DNA from: Spirochaetae bacterium HGW-Spirochaetae-7
Lineage (GTDB): Bacteria > Spirochaetota > Spirochaetia > Treponematales > UBA12059
DNA length: 38,074 nt
Reading direction: 5' to 3'
Assembly: GCA_002839245.1 (NCBI GenBank)
Contig: PGXR01000001.1
Location: 4,284 to 42,357, forward strand
Both the position numbers and the translations under genes were made by a program. Positions within the stretch are counted from its first letter, which is position 1. Every line of letters starts with the position of its first letter. The notes below the pieces were generated by a model. That model was not told where the DNA came from. It saw only the letters and a program-made list of their open reading frames with translations, and searched no databases. Below are positions 1-8,015 of the stretch, in pieces.

Positions 1-659
1 AGCCCGAGGTCGAGCGCGCCTTCGAGTCGGCCAAGGACGGGCTCCGAGCTCTCGGGCACCGCCTCATCGAAGTCGAGCTGCCGAGCCTCAAGTACGGGGT
101 GCCGGCCTACTACACGATAGCGACCGCGGAAGCGAGCGCCAACCTCGCGCGCTTCGACGGCATCCGCTACGGAAACTGCCCCGACTGGTCGGAGAACCAT
201 GAGGAGCTCATCGACAAAACCCGGGGCTCGGGTTTCGGGGTCGAAGTCAAGTTGCGCATCCTGCTTGGCACCTTCGTGCTGCGCTCGGGCTTCCAGGACC
301 GCTATTACCTGCGCGCCCAGCGCATACGCGCCGTCATACGGGCGGATTTCGACCGGGCTCTGTCGGCGTGCGATGCCATCCTGATGCCTGTATTCCCGAC
401 AAGGGCGTTCGGCCGCGGCGAGCGGGGTCTGTCCCCATTCGCCCAGAAGGCCGCGGACCTCTTCACCTGCTGCGCCAACCTCGCCGGGTTGCCTGCGCTG
501 GCCTTTCCCACAGGCGTCGAAGGCGGGCTGCCTGTCGGCGTCCAGCTGGTCGGCAGGGCCTTCGGGGAGGGCCTCCTCCTCGACGTTGCGGAAGGCTTCG
601 AGGCCGCCAACCCGGCGGCGCGGCCCGCGGGCTACCGGGAATTCTGGGGGCGATCATGA
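1..659 (+). CDS. gatA: Glu-tRNA(Gln)/Asp-tRNA(Asn) amidotransferase subunit A, C-terminal part (5' end lies outside the window)
   Basis: Frame 3 is open from the window edge to TGA 657-659. The translation (...PAYYTIATAEASANLARFDGIRYG..., ...CCANLAGLPALAFP...) matches conserved GatA C-terminal blocks. The stop overlaps the gatB start as ATGA at 656-659. Confidence 0.9.
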   Translation, partial: PEVERAFESAKDGLRALGHRLIEVELPSLKYGVPAYYTIATAEASANLARFDGIRYGNCPDWSENHEELIDKTRGSGFGVEVKLRILLGTFVLRSGFQDRYYLRAQRIRAVIRADFDRALSACDAILMPVFPTRAFGRGERGLSPFAQKAADLFTCCANLAGLPALAFPTGVEGGLPVGVQLVGRAFGEGLLLDVAEGFEAANPAARPAGYREFWGRS

Positions 660-2209
660 AATACCAGTCGTTCATCGGCCTCGAGGTGCACATACACCTT
701 CTTACCAGGACCAAGGCGTTCTGCGGATGCAGGGCGGCCTTCGGCGACGAGCCGAACTCAAACGTCTGCCCGGTGTGCATGGGCTACCCCGGCGTCCTGC
801 CCGCGCTCAACGCCGAGGCGGTGAGGATGGGAGCCCTCGTGGCGACCGCCCTCCATTGCTCGCTGACGCGCCGGACCTGGTTCGAGCGGAAGCAGTACTT
901 CTATCCTGACATGCCCAAGAACTACCAGATTTCCCAGTTCGCCTCGCCCGTCGGTACCGACGGCTGGGTCGAGATCCCCGGCGCCGCCGGCGACGCCGCC
1001 GGTCCGGCCGGCGAGTCGAAACGCGTGCGCATCAAGGAATGCCACCTCGAGGAGGACGCGGGCAAGATGATACATGCCGGCAACGTATCCCTTGTCGACT
1101 ACAACCGCGCCGGGATGTCGCTCCTCGAGATAGTCACCGAGCCGGACTTCGAGACGGGCGCGCAGGCCGAGGCGTACCTGCACCAGCTCAGGCGGACGGT
1201 CCGCTGGCTGGGAGTCTGCGACGGCAACATGGAGGAAGGCTCGATGCGCTGCGACGCCAATGTGTCGGTCAACCTGGCCGGCGCGGGCCTGGGCAGCAAG
1301 GTGGAGATAAAGAACCTCAACTCGTCGCGCTTCGTCCGCCTCGGCCTGGACTACGAGATCCATCGCCAGACGGAACTACTCGAGAAGGGCGGCTCCGTCA
1401 GGCAGGAGACGCGGCTGTGGAACGAGAACCGCGACCAGACCGAGGTGATGCGTTCCAAGGAAAGCTCCCACGACTACCGTTTCTTCCCCGAACCCGACCT
1501 GCCCGTTTTCGTGGTCGACGACGCCTTCATTGCCTCCGTCGAAGCCGGTCTCGTCGAGCTGCCGCATGACCGGGAAGGCCGCCTGCGTTCGGAGTACCGC
1601 CTGTCTGCCGACCACGCGGCGCTGGTCTGCGACGAGCTTGCCTGCGCCGACTGGTTCGAGGACGCGGTGTCGGAGGCCGTCCGCCTGGGCGTGGACAAGG
1701 CGGCAGCAGCGGAGAAGGTCGCCGTCTGGATGGCCACCGAGATACGCCGCGTGATGAACCGCGACGGCCTGGGAATGGCCGACATCGGCATGCTCGGGGT
1801 GACCGGCGCAAGGCTGGCGGCGATAATAGCGCTGGTAGCCTCTGGCAGCGTGTCCAGCAAGGTGGCCAGGCAGGTATTCGACGCGGTACTCTCCGGGGAG
1901 GGCGAGCCGGCGGCCATCGTAGCCGCCCATGGCTGGGAACTGGTCGTCGATCCGGCGGCCATAGCCCTGGCGGTCGAGTCCGCGTTCGCCGCCGAGTCCT
2001 CGACAGTCGCTGACACATTGGCCGCCATCACTCGCGGCGATGCCGGGAAAATCCGGTCGCTGTCGGCGTTCCTCGCGGGCAAGGCGATAGCCGCGTCGGG
2101 TGGAAAAGCCGAGCCGGGAATGGTCAGGGCCGCCGTCGATGCCCGCTTCCTGGCGAGCGCGGAATTGCAGGCGTCCACCGGCCTATCGAACCAAGGAGAA
2201 AAGTCATGA
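656..2209 (+). CDS. gatB: Glu-tRNA(Gln)/Asp-tRNA(Asn) amidotransferase subunit B
   Basis: ATG at 656 gives MKYQSFIGLEVHIHL..., followed by the GatB Cys cluster (FCGC...VCPVCMGYPGVLPALN). The 368-655 extension of the track ORF is only the gatA 3' end read in another frame. The stop TGA 2207-2209 overlaps the aspS ATG. Confidence 0.92.
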   Translation: MKYQSFIGLEVHIHLLTRTKAFCGCRAAFGDEPNSNVCPVCMGYPGVLPALNAEAVRMGALVATALHCSLTRRTWFERKQYFYPDMPKNYQISQFASPVGTDGWVEIPGAAGDAAGPAGESKRVRIKECHLEEDAGKMIHAGNVSLVDYNRAGMSLLEIVTEPDFETGAQAEAYLHQLRRTVRWLGVCDGNMEEGSMRCDANVSVNLAGAGLGSKVEIKNLNSSRFVRLGLDYEIHRQTELLEKGGSVRQETRLWNENRDQTEVMRSKESSHDYRFFPEPDLPVFVVDDAFIASVEAGLVELPHDREGRLRSEYRLSADHAALVCDELACADWFEDAVSEAVRLGVDKAAAAEKVAVWMATEIRRVMNRDGLGMADIGMLGVTGARLAAIIALVASGSVSSKVARQVFDAVLSGEGEPAAIVAAHGWELVVDPAAIALAVESAFAAESSTVADTLAAITRGDAGKIRSLSAFLAGKAIAASGGKAEPGMVRAAVDARFLASAELQASTGLSNQGEKS

Positions 2210-3525
2210 GGATACTGGCCAAGGAATTGCAGGCGCTGAAGGCGGGCCCGGGAGGCACCCTGGAATCGGCCACAGAGGTCGAACTCAAGGGCTGGGTCCA
2301 CCGCGTCCGCGAGCTAGGCGGAGTCTCGTTCGTGATGGTCCGCGATCGTTCAGGGCTGGCCCAGGCCGTCGTCCAGGGCAAGGCCGACCTCAGCCTCGAG
2401 TCGGTGGTAGCCATCACCGGGACGCCAGCGGCCAATGAAAAAGCCCCGGGCGGCGTCGAACTCCGGGCATCGCGCATCGACATGATAGCCAGAGCGGAGC
2501 CGGACCTCCCGTACCCGGTCAACGGCGACCCGGGCAAGATCGGCCTCGACATCATCCTGGACCAGAGGCCGCTTTCGCTGCGCAACCCAAAGATACGGTC
2601 GATCTTCTCGGTGCAGGCCACCATCATCGAAGCCTTCTCGTCGTACCTCCGCGCTCATGGCTTCACCGAGATGAAGACGAGCAAGCTCATCGGTTCGGGC
2701 ACCGAGGGCGGCACCGGGCTGTTCGAAGTGGACTACTTCGACACCAAGGTCTATCTCGCCCAGTCGCCGCAGTTCTACAAGCAGATGATGGTCGCCAGCG
2801 GCATGGAGCGCGTCTTCGAGGTGGCTCCCGCCTACCGCGCGGAGAAGCACGACACGCCGCGGCACCTGAACGAATACGTTTCGATGGACGTGGAGATGGC
2901 CTTCATCGACTCGGAGCGAGACCTCATCGCCCTCGAGAAGGAACTGCTGTCATCGATCTTCGAGGCGGTCGCGAGCCGCAACGGCGATGACCTGGTCGTC
3001 TGGGGCGCGGTCGTGCCCGGCCCCGAGGCTGTCGCCCGATCGCCGATTGTCGCCCACGACGACGCCATCGCGATAGCCGCTGCCGAGCTGGAACGGTCGG
3101 GCGCATCCGCGAAGAAGGCGTACGAGATAAGCCCGGAGGTCGAGCGCCTCGTCTGCGCCTGGTCGGAGCGCGAGCACGGCAGCGACATCGTGTTCATAAA
3201 CGAGTTCCCGCGCAGGCACCGCCCCTTTTACACCTTCCCCCTCGACGCCAGCCGCACGATGAGCTTCGACGCCATCTTCCGCGGCCTCGAGATCACGACC
3301 GGCGGCCGCCGCCACAACGACTACCGGGCCATCCTCGACGTGCTCCCTAAGTTCGGCCTCAAGGCGGAGGATCTGGCGGACTACCTGTCGGTGTTCAAGT
3401 ACGGCTGCCCGCCGCACGGCGGCTTTGCCATTGGCTGCGAGCGCCTAACCCAGAAAATCCTGGGCCTGGCCAACGTCAAGGAAGCCAGCCTGTTTCCAAG
3501 GGACAGAAAGCGGGTCAGGCCATAG
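2206..3525 (+). CDS. aspS: Aspartyl-tRNA synthetase, archaeal/eukaryal type (AspRS2), probably non-discriminating
   Basis: 439 aa with an OB-fold N-terminus (GWVHRVRELGGVSFVMVRD). It carries the block QSPQFYKQMMVASGMERVFEVAPAYRAEKHDTPRHLNEYVSMDVEMAF and a motif-3-like GCPPHGGFAIGCERL. The short length and absence of the bacterial insertion domain fit the archaeal type. An SD (AAGGAGAA, 2193-2200) lies inside the gatB 3' end. Confidence 0.88.
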   Translation: MRILAKELQALKAGPGGTLESATEVELKGWVHRVRELGGVSFVMVRDRSGLAQAVVQGKADLSLESVVAITGTPAANEKAPGGVELRASRIDMIARAEPDLPYPVNGDPGKIGLDIILDQRPLSLRNPKIRSIFSVQATIIEAFSSYLRAHGFTEMKTSKLIGSGTEGGTGLFEVDYFDTKVYLAQSPQFYKQMMVASGMERVFEVAPAYRAEKHDTPRHLNEYVSMDVEMAFIDSERDLIALEKELLSSIFEAVASRNGDDLVVWGAVVPGPEAVARSPIVAHDDAIAIAAAELERSGASAKKAYEISPEVERLVCAWSEREHGSDIVFINEFPRRHRPFYTFPLDASRTMSFDAIFRGLEITTGGRRHNDYRAILDVLPKFGLKAEDLADYLSVFKYGCPPHGGFAIGCERLTQKILGLANVKEASLFPRDRKRVRP

Positions 3526-3552
3526 GAACGCCCCAGGCTTGCGGTCGCAGCT

Positions 3553-4728
3553 CTACCAGCCGAAGCCGAGAAGCCACATGGGGATCATGCCCACGGCCGA
3601 GAAATCGGCACCGTCGCGGACGACGTGTCGTGCGCTCTTGCGTTTCTTGTGAAGGCCGCCGACTTCAACAGTGATGTCATTGTCAACGATGAAGTCGGCC
3701 GCGGTCTCGTCCCTTGAGGCATGGACCGAATGTCCGGCGTACTCCAATGCCGCTGCCACGAAGGCTTCCCTCATGTTTCCTTCCTTGCCCGACAGTGCTG
3801 GATACAGTGACGGATCCGCGAAGAAGATTTTTGCGCCTACAGACATGGCCGAGTGGTTCGTTGCGTACCTGATGATCCTGAGCAGCCCAGTCTGCTCCAT
3901 GGCGTGGAGCAGGGAATAGAGCTTCTCCTTTCCCAGATTCCATTCCCTGCACAGCGAGTTTACCTGGATGACCGGAATGTTTGACTGCGAGAGGTAGCCC
4001 AGGACGGCATTCATCAACCTGAAATGGTTCTGGGTGATATTCGGCACCAGAAACGGGATATCCGCTTCCATCGTTTTCTGGACCACCTGCAGGAGCTTCT
4101 GCGGATAGCTTTCCGTTCCCTCTGTGAAGAGCGGCTTGAAGCCGTATTCGAGGTATTCCTCGAACAATGACAGCACCGGGCATGTCCGTAGAATAGTTGC
4201 GACGATGGTTACATCATGATGCAATGGATCCTGAAGTCCGAAATCTCCTCGACCGCGAAGAACCAAATACTCCCTGAAAGACAGCGGAGGCATTGAAATC
4301 GAGACGAAGCGACGCGACAAGTCTGCTATTCCCTGTGACAGGAGCAGCGAGCTCGATCCGCTTGCCCATATCGTGCATGCCGGCCAGGCATCGTACAGGG
4401 CCTTGAGATCCCTGCTCCAATCGCGGGCCGCGTGGATCTCGTCCAGATAGACAACGGTGACTCCGCGCTGGAAAAGACGTTCGACCCACACATACAATGA
4501 CTGCACGGACAGGGCTGGATGATCCATGCTCAGGTATCTGGCTCCAGACCTTTCAGCGCTTCTCAGCAGGAAGGACGTCTTGCCGATACCACGGGGACCG
4601 TTGATGATGACTCCGCGATCGGCTATCGTCCGCTCGACTGCCCAGGGTCTGACCGGCGATTTCAGCGCATTGAAAAGCCGGGCTTGGACGAGAGCTGCTG
4701 AGTCGAGGATTCCATACTCATCGATCAT
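3553..4728 (-). CDS. AAA+ ATPase of the COG1373 type (AAA_14 N-terminal domain plus DUF4143-like C-terminal domain)
   Basis: 391 aa with Walker A GPRGIGKTS and Walker B-like VVYLDEIH. The C-terminal ...ADFIVDNDITVEVGG... resembles the D...E-x-K-like tail seen in this family. Family names are recalled, not searched. The gene is visibly less GC-rich than its neighbours. Confidence 0.75.
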   Translation of the reverse strand: MIDEYGILDSAALVQARLFNALKSPVRPWAVERTIADRGVIINGPRGIGKTSFLLRSAERSGARYLSMDHPALSVQSLYVWVERLFQRGVTVVYLDEIHAARDWSRDLKALYDAWPACTIWASGSSSLLLSQGIADLSRRFVSISMPPLSFREYLVLRGRGDFGLQDPLHHDVTIVATILRTCPVLSLFEEYLEYGFKPLFTEGTESYPQKLLQVVQKTMEADIPFLVPNITQNHFRLMNAVLGYLSQSNIPVIQVNSLCREWNLGKEKLYSLLHAMEQTGLLRIIRYATNHSAMSVGAKIFFADPSLYPALSGKEGNMREAFVAAALEYAGHSVHASRDETAADFIVDNDITVEVGGLHKKRKSARHVVRDGADFSAVGMIPMWLLGFGW

Positions 4729-4734
4729 GTATCG

Positions 4735-4763
4735 ATAGTATCACAGAACCGTAATGGCAACAA
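4735..4763 (-). promoter_or_regulatory. Putative sigma70-type promoter of the AAA ATPase gene with leaderless geometry
   Basis: On the minus strand: TTGTTG (4763-4758), 17 nt, TACTAT (4740-4735), 6 nt (cgatac), ATG (4728). No SD is present. Confidence 0.45.
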
Positions 4764-4777
4764 TCGGTTCTGTGATA
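4739..4777. repeat. Perfect 13-bp inverted repeat (TATCACAGAACCG-N13-CGGTTCTGTGATA), a candidate operator
   Basis: The arms at 4739-4751 and 4765-4777 pair at all 13 positions, checked base by base. They bracket the putative -35 hexamer and overlap the -10 of the AAA ATPase promoter. Confidence 0.8.
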
Positions 4778-4888
4778 GAACCGCTAGCGATATCCTGACC
4801 TTTGGATACAAGTAACCGTATCAGGGACTCGGCCATATCGCCTGGCCGCCGTCGAGCATGACGCCCAGCTCCCATTGTCTGTCCTGAA

Positions 4889-4924
4889 TTGACAATTTCT
4901 TCTTCCGTATGTACTGTAATTACA
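4889..4924 (+). promoter_or_regulatory. Putative mazEF promoter plus a 10-bp palindromic operator candidate
   Basis: TTGACA (4889-4894), 17 nt, TACTGT (4912-4917), 6 nt, ATG (4924). The palindrome TGTAATTACA (4915-4924) spans the -10 and the start codon. Confidence 0.5.
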
Positions 4925-5181
4925 TGAAAGCCCAGCTGGTCAAGATTGGAAACTCACGAGGTATCAGGCTTCCCCAGAAGTTGCTGACGTTGTACAGGAT
5001 CAATGAAGGGGATGAATTGGAACTCGAAGAGCGACGGGATGGTATTCTCCTCCGTCCCGGCCGGGCGGATTCCATGAAGCTGTCCTTCGAAGCCAGCTAT
5101 CGCGAGATGATCGCCGAACCGGCTGAACACGATGAATGGTCCGATTGGGATTCCGTTTCGGGAGACGGCTTGCATGCTTGA
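4924..5181 (+). CDS. mazE: MazE/AbrB-SpoVT-family antitoxin
   Basis: MKAQLVKIGNSRGIRLPQKLL... is the typical swapped-hairpin antitoxin N-terminus, followed by an acidic C-terminal tail. I prefer ATG 4924 over the track start 4909, which lies inside the promoter. The gene overlaps mazF by 8 nt (ATGCTTGA). Confidence 0.8.
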   Translation: MKAQLVKIGNSRGIRLPQKLLTLYRINEGDELELEERRDGILLRPGRADSMKLSFEASYREMIAEPAEHDEWSDWDSVSGDGLHA

Positions 5182-5509
5182 CCGCTATGGAGTGTACTGG
5201 GTCAACCTCGATTTTGTGGTCGGTACGGAAATCGCGAAAACACGACCGGCGGTGATCATCAGTGATGACGCCATGAATCGTGTTCTTGGAACCGTAGTCG
5301 TTTGTCCCGTCACCTCGCGAGTCCATCAGCGCTGGTCCAGCAGGGTGCAGACGAGCGTTGGCGGGCAGGTTTCCGAGATAGCCGTGGATCAAATCCGCAC
5401 GGTCGACAAATCCCGTATCGGCGCCAAGCTGGACCAGCTTGACGATATTGCCGCCGCTGCGATACGCCATATCGTAACCATGATGTACGGGATCCTGTCG
5501 GTGGAGTGA
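5174..5509 (+). CDS. mazF: MazF/PemK-family endoribonuclease toxin
   Basis: MLDRYGVYWVNLDFVVGTEIAKTRPAVIISDD...VVVCPVTS...AVDQIRTVDKSRIG is the PemK/MazF pattern. ATG at 5174 overlaps the mazE stop. Confidence 0.85.
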   Translation: MLDRYGVYWVNLDFVVGTEIAKTRPAVIISDDAMNRVLGTVVVCPVTSRVHQRWSSRVQTSVGGQVSEIAVDQIRTVDKSRIGAKLDQLDDIAAAAIRHIVTMMYGILSVE

Positions 5510-5658
5510 CGGGCCTTGCGTTGCCGCGAATCTCCCACGCTCCATGATGACGTTCAAGTTCGGAAAACTGCGGTCGGCTTCTTCCAAATTCCCTTTTCTC
5601 CTATATACTTGGCTTGACGTCTCGATGTTCTATGTTCATGCGCTCGGAGGGATTCCTG

Positions 5659-7977
5659 ATGTCCGAAAAAAGCCTCTTGCAGAAAGCCGCTCGATTCGCC
5701 AAGGCCGCCGGATCCGAGCTGTCCTCGGGTACCGACTTCGTCTTCGACAAGGATTCAGGCATTTCCAAGGAAGACCAGAAGGATATCCTCCTCCATATCG
5801 ATACGGTAGCCAAATCAAGCCGTATCGTCGCCGGCCCGGAAACATGGAAAGTGCGTCCGAAGAAGCGGGGCATCGCCCTGCCTCTCGTCGTCAATCTCGC
5901 AGGCGCGCTCGTCCTGGCAGGCGGCCTGTACGGACTCGGACTTGTTTTCGCGCCTTCCGAAGAAAGTTTCGAATCGAGTTCCGCCCAGCTGGCTTCGGCG
6001 GAAGGCCGCTTGCTCCAGGAAATAAAACGGGAAACCGAAGGCCGCATCCAGGAAAAGGACAAGGAAATAGCCGCCATCCAGCAAAGGATGGCTTCGCTCG
6101 ACAGCGAGCGCGATGAGCTGCTCTCGAGCGTCGACGCCAGGATCAAGGCCAAGGAAACAGAACTCAAGGACCAGCTCAAGCTCGAACTCGACAGGGAACG
6201 CCAGCGCCTCATCGACGAGGGGCTGTCCCAGACGGACGTCCAGGAGCGCATGCGCGAATTCGAAAAGCGCAAGACTGAAGAATTCAAGTCCCAGCTGGAT
6301 GGCTTCGCGAAGAAGGCCGAGGAGGAGAAGGCAGCGCTCCAGTCCAGGCTCGACAAGGCGCGCGACGAATACCGGACCAGCCTCTCCGCCGCCACCACGG
6401 AGCGCCAGCGCATCCAGGACGAGTCGCGGCAACGGGAGCAGGACCTTCGAGCCCAGCTCGACGACAAGAACAAGGCGCTTGAAGCCGAGCGGGCCCGCAC
6501 GGCGGACAGCCTGAAGGGCGCACAGGCCGAGCTGACGCGTTTCAACCAGGACGCGGCCAGGGTCAAGGCGGTCGAGGACAGGCTCGTGGGGCTGTACGCT
6601 TCCGCCAGGCAGTCGTTGCGGGACGGCAGGCTCGACGATGCCGCCGCGACGCTCGATTCCCTGCGCGCGTACCTGGCCGATCCCCAGGTTGCCGGGGTCC
6701 CCACCCTGCAGGCGAGGCGTGAGCTTGATCTGTTCGCGGTCGAGCTCATCGAGCGTTCCATCAATTCCGAACGGTCCAAGACATCCGCCGACACTTCCCG
6801 CGTCACGGCGGCCCTCGATGCCCTGGCCGTGGTTCGCAACGAGGTCGAGCGGGCCCGGGCCGCCATCGCCGCGGGGGATCCGGCCGCGGCGATGACGGCC
6901 TATCGCAGGGCGCTCTCGGCGACCAGCGAGCTCAAGGAAGCCGGCGCCTTCATCGAAGGAAACGGCAAAGCCATGCTCGACGCGAAGGTCGCCGAACTCG
7001 AGGCGGCGACGCTTGCCGCCCAGACGGCCGCCGTGGAGGCGAAGGTCGCGCTGGGCGCCGTGGAAGCCGCTGCGCGGGACGAAAAGGCACTCGAAGCGGC
7101 CTTCGTCCGCCTGTTGTCGAGCCTGCCGCTCGGCCCCGGAGACGCTTCCCGGGTCTATTCGTTCATCAAGACCGCCGGCGCGAGGGAGGCCGTCGCCGCC
7201 GGCAAGGCTTCCGATACAGCTTCCGCCGGCGTGCCGTTCAGGGCGGCGGCGGCGGACCTGTCGGCAGGCCGCTACTTCGAGGCGATACAGGGCTTCGCGA
7301 CCGTGCTTGCCAGGTACCCGGCCGCAGGCCAGGTACCCCGGGCGGTCGAGGGATTGCGCGATGCCGGCGGCGGACTCGTCGTCGCCCTCCAGGAAGCCAG
7401 GGACAAGGCCGCCGAGCGCATAGCCGAGCTGGAGTCGCGTCTCGCGGCAGCCCGCAACGAGGTCCCAGAGCCGATCCCCGGCACAGCCTCCGCGGCGGCC
7501 GGCGCCACCGCGACGACCGCTCCGGGCGCCGCCGGAAGCACCATCCCGACTGCCGAGCTTGTCGCCCTCCAGCAGGAGAAGTCCAGACTCGAGTCCGAGC
7601 TCGAGACTGCCAGGATGCGCTACGAGGCCGTCGCTTCCGCATACCGCGCCTATGGTGCCGACGAGGAAGCCATCCTTGCCCGGGGCGGCGACCTGGCACT
7701 GGTGGAAGCCAAGGCCAAGCTGGACGCGTTCCTGTCCAGCCCCGCCGTCTCATCCGCGATGCCGGGCATGCGGGACCGCATAGCCCGCTACCTTGCCGCC
7801 TTCCAGACAGCCGGCCAGAAGGAAGTGCTGTTCAACGCAGCCGACATAGTCGACGGGGCCGCCCGCATCCGTGACGCAGCGACCAGGGGCCGCTATTTCA
7901 GCGACCTGGAGAAGCGCAACGCCGGCAACCAGTCGATGCTCGAGTTCATTGATTCGGTGCGGCAGACCTTCAGGTAG
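5659..7977 (+). CDS. Bitopic membrane protein with a long coiled-coil and Ala-rich/TPR-like extracytoplasmic region, function unknown
   Basis: GGAGG (5646-5650) lies 8 nt before ATG 5659. There is one TM segment (IALPLVVNLAGALVLAGGLYGLGLVF), then about 250 aa of E/K/R/Q/L heptad-like sequence. Next come Ala-rich helices with a YbgF/CpoB-like motif (GRYFEAIQGFATVLARYPAAGQVPRAVEGL), a Pro/Ala/Thr linker and a second coiled coil. Confidence 0.7.
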   Translation: MSEKSLLQKAARFAKAAGSELSSGTDFVFDKDSGISKEDQKDILLHIDTVAKSSRIVAGPETWKVRPKKRGIALPLVVNLAGALVLAGGLYGLGLVFAPSEESFESSSAQLASAEGRLLQEIKRETEGRIQEKDKEIAAIQQRMASLDSERDELLSSVDARIKAKETELKDQLKLELDRERQRLIDEGLSQTDVQERMREFEKRKTEEFKSQLDGFAKKAEEEKAALQSRLDKARDEYRTSLSAATTERQRIQDESRQREQDLRAQLDDKNKALEAERARTADSLKGAQAELTRFNQDAARVKAVEDRLVGLYASARQSLRDGRLDDAAATLDSLRAYLADPQVAGVPTLQARRELDLFAVELIERSINSERSKTSADTSRVTAALDALAVVRNEVERARAAIAAGDPAAAMTAYRRALSATSELKEAGAFIEGNGKAMLDAKVAELEAATLAAQTAAVEAKVALGAVEAAARDEKALEAAFVRLLSSLPLGPGDASRVYSFIKTAGAREAVAAGKASDTASAGVPFRAAAADLSAGRYFEAIQGFATVLARYPAAGQVPRAVEGLRDAGGGLVVALQEARDKAAERIAELESRLAAARNEVPEPIPGTASAAAGATATTAPGAAGSTIPTAELVALQQEKSRLESELETARMRYEAVASAYRAYGADEEAILARGGDLALVEAKAKLDAFLSSPAVSSAMPGMRDRIARYLAAFQTAGQKEVLFNAADIVDGAARIRDAATRGRYFSDLEKRNAGNQSMLEFIDSVRQTFR

Positions 7978-7985
7978 GGACGCAA

Positions 7986-8015
7986 CCGGGCTGGACGGTC
8001 AGTCGTCCAGCCTGG
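7986..8015. terminator. GC-rich hairpin between convergent genes (no U-tract)
   Basis: Stem GGCTGGACG (7989-7997) pairs with CGTCCAGCC (8004-8012) across a 6-nt loop. The stem extends by G.U, C-G and C-G to 7986/8015. It overlaps the last codons and stop of the minus-strand lipoprotein gene. Confidence 0.4.

Noticed and set aside
5601-6866. A 421-aa ORF on the minus strand opposite the coiled-coil gene.
   Set aside because: Its Ser/Arg/Ala-rich, low-complexity translation is what antisense reading of GAG/CTC/GCC-rich codons produces in GC-rich DNA. It has no start context, and the plus-strand gene has an SD and a coherent architecture.
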